From Acidobacteriota bacterium (lineage in GTDB: Bacteria > Acidobacteriota > UBA6911 > RPQK01 > JAJDTT01), in contig OZ253580.1 of NCBI GenBank assembly GCA_965263035.1, forward strand, positions 4,256,001-4,320,000: DNA of 64,000 bases, read 5' to 3'. The notes beneath the pieces are model-generated. The model worked only from the letters and a program-made list of their open reading frames with translations, was not told the DNA's origin and did no database searches. A program made the translations under genes and the position numbers. Each line of letters starts with the position of its first letter. The first letter of the stretch is position 1. Shown piece after piece: positions 57,551 through 64,000 of the stretch.

Positions 57551-58651
57551 ATGAAGATCACCGATGTGACCGTACAGTGCTATTCCTGGCCGCGTCCCCG
57601 GCCCATCAGCAACGGCAAATACACCTATGCCACGGTGCGGCTGAATCTGGTCCGCGTGCACACCGATGAAGGGCTCTCCGGCGTGGGGTGGGCGGGAGGT
57701 CCCGGCTTGTCGGCTCCCATGACCGTCGCGCTGGTGGAACATTTCAAGGAAGCCCTGGTTGGAGAGGACCCGTTCAATTACCGTCGGATCTGGGAGAACA
57801 TGTGGCGGCCCAAGGTCGTGGGCCGGCGCGGTCTGACCACCTGGGTCATCAGTGCGGTGGACATCGCCCTCTGGGACCTGATGGGGAAGGCCCTCGGGAA
57901 ACCGGTTCACAAGCTTCTGGGAGGGTTTCGCGACCGTATTCCCACCTATGTCGCCGGCGGCTACTACGAGGAGGGGAAGGGCCTCCGGGAGTTGGCTCAG
58001 GAAATGGAGGAGAGCCTGGATTTGGGGGCCCGGGCGGTGAAAATGAAGATCGGGGGTGTGGAGATCAACCAGGACGTAGAGCGGGTTCGAGTCGTTCGCG
58101 AGACGATCGGTCCCGACATCAAGCTGATGGTCGATGCCAACAACGCCTACGTTGCCTACCAAGCCGTTGAGATCGCCAGGAAGATGGAACCGTACGATGT
58201 TTTCTGGTTCGAGGAGCCGGTGGCGCCGGACGACTACGAGGGACACGCCCGGGTCGCCCGATCCAGCTCCATTCCCGTGGCCACGGGCGAGAACGAATAC
58301 ACGCGCTATGGCTTCCGGGACCTGATCCAGCACGGTTCGGCGTCCATTCTCAACGCCGACGCCCAGATCCTGGGCGGAATCACCGAATTCATGAACGTGG
58401 CCTCGCTGGCGGCGGCCCACGACCTGCACATCGCCCCCCACGGCGCCCAGGAGGTGCACATCCACCTGGTGGCCGCCATTCCCAACGGCCTCATTCTGGA
58501 GTTCTATCGGGAGACGGTGAACCCTCTGCACGGCCGGATCTTCAAGGAATCGCTGACCCTGGACGCCGACGGTTGCGTGAGCGTTCCCCAGACCCCGGGA
58601 CTGGGCATGGAGCCGAACTGGGAAGTGCTGGAGCCGTACCGGGTGGTTTGA
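57551..58651 (+). CDS. Mandelate racemase/muconate lactonizing enzyme family protein
   Basis: SAVDIALWDL.GK, KMK, LMVDAN, WFEEP, TGEN, APH. Confidence 0.92.
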   Translation: MKITDVTVQCYSWPRPRPISNGKYTYATVRLNLVRVHTDEGLSGVGWAGGPGLSAPMTVALVEHFKEALVGEDPFNYRRIWENMWRPKVVGRRGLTTWVISAVDIALWDLMGKALGKPVHKLLGGFRDRIPTYVAGGYYEEGKGLRELAQEMEESLDLGARAVKMKIGGVEINQDVERVRVVRETIGPDIKLMVDANNAYVAYQAVEIARKMEPYDVFWFEEPVAPDDYEGHARVARSSSIPVATGENEYTRYGFRDLIQHGSASILNADAQILGGITEFMNVASLAAAHDLHIAPHGAQEVHIHLVAAIPNGLILEFYRETVNPLHGRIFKESLTLDADGCVSVPQTPGLGMEPNWEVLEPYRVV

Positions 58652-58690
58652 CGGGAGCAACGACCGTCGGCTACGGAAGGCGGTTGGAGA

Positions 58691-59245
58691 CTACCTGGCG
58701 GGTTGCTTCACGCGAGTCTGCGTGGATCGGACATCCAGGAGCACGTTGCCCCTGTTGTCCTTCATGAACAGATTCGATTCGTGTTTCCCGTCGCCGACAA
58801 AACGATCCACGATCTTGCCCTTGAGGCCGGCGCCAAAGTCGACGTATTCCCAGGTCATGGTCGCGGATTCGTCCTCCCAGGCGCCGCTCCAGAAGCTGTT
58901 CGAGCCGTCGGACGAAAAGACCCACTTGTGATATTTGCCGCTCTTCGATTCGTAGCGCTGGAGCTCGCGGGTCTCATATTCTCCGGCGTGGCTGGAGATC
59001 TGCTGGTATCGGCCATTCAGAATCCACTCGGCCTTCACAGTTCCTGACAGTTTCTGGAACTTGACCGACCATGCCGCCGGTCTGATTTCGATCTGAGAAT
59101 TCCACATTCCAAGCCATTTTTTCAGGGCCGTATCGCCGGGTGCTTCCTTTGCCGGTCCTGAGGCAGTCGTGTACGCCGTTAACAGTACGAGTGCGGCCAG
59201 CGGGATTCCCGGCCGGGTAGCGAAAGTACCTCTATCCCGCCCCAT
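58691..59245 (-). CDS. Secreted hypothetical protein (DUF1579-like beta-barrel)
   Basis: Signal-like segment, L...LG.W, EWILNGRY, W.F.S.G; start trimmed from the ORF track. Confidence 0.6.
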   Translation of the reverse strand: MGRDRGTFATRPGIPLAALVLLTAYTTASGPAKEAPGDTALKKWLGMWNSQIEIRPAAWSVKFQKLSGTVKAEWILNGRYQQISSHAGEYETRELQRYESKSGKYHKWVFSSDGSNSFWSGAWEDESATMTWEYVDFGAGLKGKIVDRFVGDGKHESNLFMKDNRGNVLLDVRSTQTRVKQPAR

Positions 59246-59420
59246 CGCCTTGCTTCCTCTTGAGTTTCGACAGCAGTAGGGTTCCCAACCCCAGCAGGAT
59301 CTCGTCCGCAAAGGGGACGACATCGGGGACCAGGAGGTCCAGAAAAAAGATACCGGCCGTGAGCACGAACAGGTAGGGGAAGCGAAGCTGCGAGAGAAAA
59401 TCCGAAATTGTCGATGGCAT
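59232..59420 (-). CDS. Small membrane protein (DUF6116-like)
   Basis: LRFPYLF....F.LDL.VPD..PF.DEILLGL.TLL. Confidence 0.7.
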   Translation of the reverse strand: MPSTISDFLSQLRFPYLFVLTAGIFFLDLLVPDVVPFADEILLGLGTLLLSKLKRKQGDGAG

Positions 59421-59568
59421 GGTGTCGCGGCTCGAAAGCGTCGCCAGTTTAGCAGATCGAATCGGCTCGACCGGTCGCCATCAGGGGCCCGCACCAATTG
59501 GCATTCCCGCCGGTGCAAGTGTATTCTGCCGCCGTTTTCGCTTACTGGAACCCGTAAGGAGATCAATC

Positions 59569-60366
59569 ATGCGGCTGCAGGATCGGGTCGCCGTGGTGAC
59601 CGGCGGCGGGGGTGGCATCGGCTCCGGCATCTGTCTGGCTCTGGCTCGTGAAGGGGCCGACGTGGTGGTGTCGGACATCGACCTGGAAGCGGCGGAACGC
59701 TGTGCCTCCCAGGTGCGGGAAGAGGGGCGGGGGGCCCTGACGGTTCGGGCGGACGTCACTGTCGCTCAGGATTGTCTCGACCTGGTGGAAGCCGGCCTGA
59801 AGGCGTTCGGCAAGGTCGACGTCCTGGTCAACAACGCCGGACTCTTCGGCAAGCGCCTCGGCATGCCCTTCACAAACCAGGAGGAAGAGGACTGGGACAA
59901 CTGCTACCGGGTCAACGTCAAAGGGCCGTTCCTGCTCTCCAAGGCAGTGGCGCCGCACATGATGGAGCGGCGGTACGGCAAGATCATCAACATTTCCTCC
60001 ATTGCCGCCCGGCGGGATGCCCAGATCCTCCCCGACTACACCGCCGCCAAGAACGCCGTGCTGAGCCTGACCCGGGTCACGGCCAAGGATCTGGCCCCCT
60101 ACAATGTCACGGTGAACGCGATCTGCCCGGGCATGATCTGGTCCCCCTTCTGGCACCGGTTGGCTCCCATGATCGCCGCGCATCCCGATTACGCCGGACT
60201 GGAGCCTCGCCCGATGTTCGAAAAATACGTCAAGGACGCCATCCCCATGCAGCGGGAGCAGACTCCCGAGGACATCGGCCACCTGGCGGCCTTCCTGGCC
60301 TCGGACGAGGCTCGCAACATCACGGGACAGACCATCTGCGTGGACGGCGGCGCGGCCATGGGATAA
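59569..60366 (+). CDS. SDR family oxidoreductase
   Basis: TGGGGGIG, NNAG, YTAAK, ITGQ...VDGG. Confidence 0.93.
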   Translation: MRLQDRVAVVTGGGGGIGSGICLALAREGADVVVSDIDLEAAERCASQVREEGRGALTVRADVTVAQDCLDLVEAGLKAFGKVDVLVNNAGLFGKRLGMPFTNQEEEDWDNCYRVNVKGPFLLSKAVAPHMMERRYGKIINISSIAARRDAQILPDYTAAKNAVLSLTRVTAKDLAPYNVTVNAICPGMIWSPFWHRLAPMIAAHPDYAGLEPRPMFEKYVKDAIPMQREQTPEDIGHLAAFLASDEARNITGQTICVDGGAAMG

Positions 60367-60441
60367 TGGACCGTGCCGGGCCGGGACCGGCGGGTTCTAC
60401 CGCAACCGCGGGATCGGGTATGCGAACGGAGGCATAGCACC

Positions 60442-61890
60442 ATGGTTTTGGACCACGAGTTGGCGTATCTGTCCCTCTATCGACTCCGGGAGCTCATCGC
60501 GGCCCGGGAACTGTCGCCGGTGGAGCTGGTAGAGGCCACCCTGGCAAGGATCGAGCGGTACAATTCCAAGCTGGGCGCCTTCATCACCATCACCGACGAT
60601 CTGGCCCTGGAGCAGGCGCGGGAGGCGGAGGCGGCCGTCCTGGCCGGGGACCCTCTCGGTCCGCTTCACGGCATTCCCGTACCCATCAAGGATCTGGAGG
60701 GCGTCAAGGGTGTGCGTTTCACCCACGGCTCGGTGCCGGCCGAGGAGATCGCGGCCAGCGACGCCCTCTGCGTGGAGCGAGTGAAGAACGCCGGCGGAAT
60801 CATCATCGGGAAGACCAACACGCCCGAGTTCGGTTTCTCGGGGACCACCGAGAATCTGGTCTATGGTCCCTGCCGCAATCCCTGGAACACGGAACGGACG
60901 TCCGGCGGCTCCAGCGGGGGAGCGGGCGCGGCGGTGGCGGCCGGCCTCACCGCCGTGGCCCAGGGCAGCGACGGAGGTGGGAGCGTGCGCATCCCCTGTG
61001 CTCTGAATGGGATCTTTGGGCTCAAGGCCACCCAGGGGCGCATTCCGCGCCGGCACGCGGACATGAGCTCCTGGAACCCCATCAACAACTCGTCGGTCGG
61101 TCCCATGACCCGGACCGTCCGGGACGCTGCCATCTTGACGGCCGCGCTGGCCGGGCCCGCTCCGGACGCCGAGTACGGAACCATCCAGGAGGCCCCTCCC
61201 GATTTCGAGGCGGCGCTGGGCCGGGGAGTCGGCGGTCTGAGGGTCGCGCTCAATCTGGATCTGGGGGGAGCCGCCGTGGACTCCCAAGTGACGGAGCGGG
61301 TTTCGGCAGCGGCCCGGGTCTTCGAGGAGTTGGGCGCCCGAGTGGAGGAGGTGGACTTCGGCCCCGAACCGAACGATGAGATGTTCCGGAATTTCTTCGA
61401 CTACTTCTCGGCCAAGGGCTACGCCTGCCTCGGCCAGTTGCTGGACGATCCCGGGTCTCGGGAACAACTCACCGACTATTTCAGGGCCACTTTGGAGCAT
61501 GGCCGCGGCCTGTCGGCGGCGGATTGTTACCGCGCGCTCAACAAGATCGGATTCTATCGGGCCGAGACGGCGCGACTGTTCGGCCGTTACGACCTCCTTC
61601 TCACCCCCGTGACTTCGGTACCGGCGTTTCCCATCGGCCGGCCTCCGGAGGTGGTGGCGGGCCGCCGGCTCTCCAATCCGTCTTGGCGCTTCTTTCCCTT
61701 CACCTTCCCGTTCAACTTGTCGGAGGATCCGGCCGCCAGCGTCCCGTGTGGTTTCTCCGACGACGGGATGCCCATCGGGCTGCAGATCGTGGGCCGTTGG
61801 GGCGACGAAGAGACGGTGCTGGCCGCTTCGGCGGCTTTCGAGGAGGCTCGGCCCTGGGCTCACAGGCGCCCTGCCGAATTCGACGTCTGA
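60442..61890 (+). CDS. Amidase (amidase signature family)
   Basis: GPLHGIP..IKD, GGSSGG, GSDGGGSVRIP. Confidence 0.93.
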   Translation: MVLDHELAYLSLYRLRELIAARELSPVELVEATLARIERYNSKLGAFITITDDLALEQAREAEAAVLAGDPLGPLHGIPVPIKDLEGVKGVRFTHGSVPAEEIAASDALCVERVKNAGGIIIGKTNTPEFGFSGTTENLVYGPCRNPWNTERTSGGSSGGAGAAVAAGLTAVAQGSDGGGSVRIPCALNGIFGLKATQGRIPRRHADMSSWNPINNSSVGPMTRTVRDAAILTAALAGPAPDAEYGTIQEAPPDFEAALGRGVGGLRVALNLDLGGAAVDSQVTERVSAAARVFEELGARVEEVDFGPEPNDEMFRNFFDYFSAKGYACLGQLLDDPGSREQLTDYFRATLEHGRGLSAADCYRALNKIGFYRAETARLFGRYDLLLTPVTSVPAFPIGRPPEVVAGRRLSNPSWRFFPFTFPFNLSEDPAASVPCGFSDDGMPIGLQIVGRWGDEETVLAASAAFEEARPWAHRRPAEFDV

Positions 61891-61926
61891 CACCCAGGCT
61901 GCAAGGTCCATCAAGGAGTGATCGAC

Positions 61927-62967
61927 ATGGCCAGTGAATCGCCGCACGAACCCGTTCGAGTCGTGAACGTGGACTGCTATCTCGCGGAAAAAAGTGACAA
62001 CTACGCCGCCGAGCGAAAAGCGATCGAGGCTCTGGGAGGAGAGCTGGTTCTGAAAAGGGCTCTGACCGAGGAGGAGATCATCCGAACCTGCGCGGGGGCA
62101 CGGATCATCTTGAGCGAAGGTTTGTCCAGCCCGATCAGCAGGCGAGTGATCGAAAACCTGGACGATTGCTGGGCGCTGGGACGCTACGGGATCGGCGTGG
62201 ACAACATCGACGTCGACGCGGCAACCGACCACGGGATCGTGGTCTTCAACGTGGCGGACTACTGTGTCAACGAGGTGGCGGACCACGCGGCGGCCCTGGT
62301 CCTGGCCGGCGCCCGGCGCGTGGTGAGCTCTGACCGTTATGTCAGGTCGGGTGGTTGGTCCGATCCGCCACTGGACCCGCCGCTGCGCCGGCTCGATCGT
62401 CTCACCCTGGGGTTGGTCGGCTTCGGCAATATCGGACGGCGCATGGTTCCCCGGCTCCGCGGATTCGGAATGCGGATCATTGCGAGCGACCCCTACGTGG
62501 ACCCGGGAATCGCTTCGGATCTCGATGTGGAATTGACCTCGCTGGAACGGGTCATGAAGGAGTCGGACCTCATCTCCATACATACCTTTCTGAACGCCGG
62601 GACCCGGCATCTCATCGGGGCCTCCGAACTGGGCCTGATGAAACCCACCGCATTCCTGATCAACACCAGCCGCGGCGCCGTAGTGGACGAGGAGGCCCTG
62701 ATCGCGGCCCTGAAGGAACGGAGGATCGGGGGAGCGGCACTGGACGTGACGGAGCAGGAGCCGCTGGCTCCCGACAGTCCTCTGAGAAGCCTGGACAACG
62801 CCGTCGTCACGCCTCATCACGGGGCCGTGTCCCTGGAATCCCTGGCCGACGTCCACCGCGGAGTGGTCGAGGCCGTTTCCTGCCTGATGCAGGGCTATTG
62901 GCCGCCCTTTCCATTCAATCCCACCGTCCAACCCCGGTTGGAGTTGAAACCTTACGCGGATCGGTGA
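61927..62967 (+). CDS. D-2-hydroxyacid dehydrogenase family (CtBP/SerA-like)
   Basis: GIGVDNID, GFGNIG, INTSRG, LDV...EP, TPH. Confidence 0.92.
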   Translation: MASESPHEPVRVVNVDCYLAEKSDNYAAERKAIEALGGELVLKRALTEEEIIRTCAGARIILSEGLSSPISRRVIENLDDCWALGRYGIGVDNIDVDAATDHGIVVFNVADYCVNEVADHAAALVLAGARRVVSSDRYVRSGGWSDPPLDPPLRRLDRLTLGLVGFGNIGRRMVPRLRGFGMRIIASDPYVDPGIASDLDVELTSLERVMKESDLISIHTFLNAGTRHLIGASELGLMKPTAFLINTSRGAVVDEEALIAALKERRIGGAALDVTEQEPLAPDSPLRSLDNAVVTPHHGAVSLESLADVHRGVVEAVSCLMQGYWPPFPFNPTVQPRLELKPYADR

Positions 62968-63085
62968 CGGCCCGGCCTCCGAGGTCCTCCACCAATCCCG
63001 GGACCGTTCAACGGAAGCGGTTTCGAGAAAAGACGGTTTCCGAATCCGGACGGGATGCAGGGTCTTTCTGAGAGCTGGTGACTCC

Positions 63086-64000
63086 ATGTTCTTGGGCATC
63101 GAAATCGGCGGGACCAAACTCCAGTTGGGTGTCGGTGCCGGAGACGGGACTCCCCCGGTTTCCTTGACACGCCGCGAGGTCGACCCTTTCGCCGGCGCCG
63201 CCGGCATCCTGGAACAGATTCGGGAGGAGACCTCCGAACTGAAGGCAGCCCACCCCATCCGAGGAATCGGCGTGGGCTTCGGCGGCCCGGTGGATGCCCT
63301 GGAAGGCCGGGTGCGCAAGAGCCACCACATAACAGGCTGGGAGAGCTTCCCTCTGGTCCACTGGTTCCGCCGGAATCTCGGTCTGCCGGCCGTTCTGGGA
63401 AACGATTGCGACCTGGCCGCGCTGGCCGAGAGCTGCCTGGGGACGGGTCGCGGTAAAGACTCGGTTTTTTACGTGACGGTGGGAACGGGCGTGGGCGGTG
63501 GCTATGTCGTGAACGGGCGGCTTCAAGGACAGGGCCGCCCGTCAGTCTGCGAGATCGGACATCTGCGCCCGGGACTGGACGCGGTGGATCCGGACCGGAC
63601 GGTGGAGAGCCTGGCCAGCGGATGGTCCATTGCCGAATTCGCCCGCAGGAGTCTGGGTGGCAAGAAGGCCGATTCGGACCGGAACGGCAGCCGGCTCCTG
63701 GCGTCCTGCCAGGGGAACCCGGCGGGTCTGACGGCGGAATTGGTTGCCGAGGCGGCCCGATCCGGAGACGCTCTGGCCTTGGCCGCGCTCCGCCGGGCCA
63801 CCCAGGCGCTGGGGTGGGGCATTGCCCAGGTCTTGACTCTGCTGTCGCCTGAGCTGATCGTGATCGGAGGCGGCGTGAGCCAGAGTGGCGAGGATCTGTT
63901 CTTCGCCCCGATTCGGAACGAGATCGAGAGGTACGTCTTTCCACCCCTCATCGGGTGCTATCAGGTGTTACCGGCCAAATTGGGAGAAACCGTGGTTGTG
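63086..64000 (+). CDS. ROK family sugar kinase (3'-truncated; not in the ORF track)
   Basis: MFLGIEIGGTK, GFGGP, ND, GTGVGGG, EIGH, IGGGV; runs off the window end. Confidence 0.9.
   Translation, partial: MFLGIEIGGTKLQLGVGAGDGTPPVSLTRREVDPFAGAAGILEQIREETSELKAAHPIRGIGVGFGGPVDALEGRVRKSHHITGWESFPLVHWFRRNLGLPAVLGNDCDLAALAESCLGTGRGKDSVFYVTVGTGVGGGYVVNGRLQGQGRPSVCEIGHLRPGLDAVDPDRTVESLASGWSIAEFARRSLGGKKADSDRNGSRLLASCQGNPAGLTAELVAEAARSGDALALAALRRATQALGWGIAQVLTLLSPELIVIGGGVSQSGEDLFFAPIRNEIERYVFPPLIGCYQVLPAKLGETVVV

Noticed and set aside
60397-63330. 977-aa minus-strand ORF and similar long antisense ORFs (e.g. 2948-4501, 17116-19353, 32240-33925, 53117-54820)
   Set aside because: Shadow ORFs typical of high-GC DNA, lying opposite genes with clear family motifs.
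1-64000. rRNA, tRNA or prophage genes
   Set aside because: No recognisable signatures by eye; tRNAscan or Infernal would be needed to exclude small RNAs.

Overview
GC-rich bacterial chromosomal window, probably Acidobacteriota (inferred from Oar-type TonB-dependent receptors, Tat-exported hydrolases and Planctomycete/Acidobacteria-type beta-propeller proteins). The backbone is catabolic and secreted enzymes: a PQQ/cytochrome c dehydrogenase, esterases, glycosidase-like propellers, GH42, amidases, M19 dipeptidases, GGT, an enolase-superfamily enzyme, SDR and ROK. Accessory cargo is interleaved with it: an SF1 helicase-nuclease, DUF1640, P450, a membrane protein, CzcCBA-like efflux, a PIN toxin-antitoxin pair and DUF3553. 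Two IS elements are fully delimited. The IS110 (8108-9661) has a left-end bridge RNA whose four guides can be read directly against its REP-like target and its own ends. The IS1595 (55296-56804) has TIRs, an 8-bp TSD and passenger ORFs. The most unusual signal is a recurring architecture in which cargo genes sit between diverged duplicates of neighbouring gene ends. In 7.5-15.3 kb the breakpoints are marked by six co-oriented copies of a 25-bp hairpin repeat (AGAGAAGGTGACTGTCCCCTTCTCA). No rRNA, tRNA, CRISPR array or integrase was seen. All calls come from reading motifs by eye; no database search was run.
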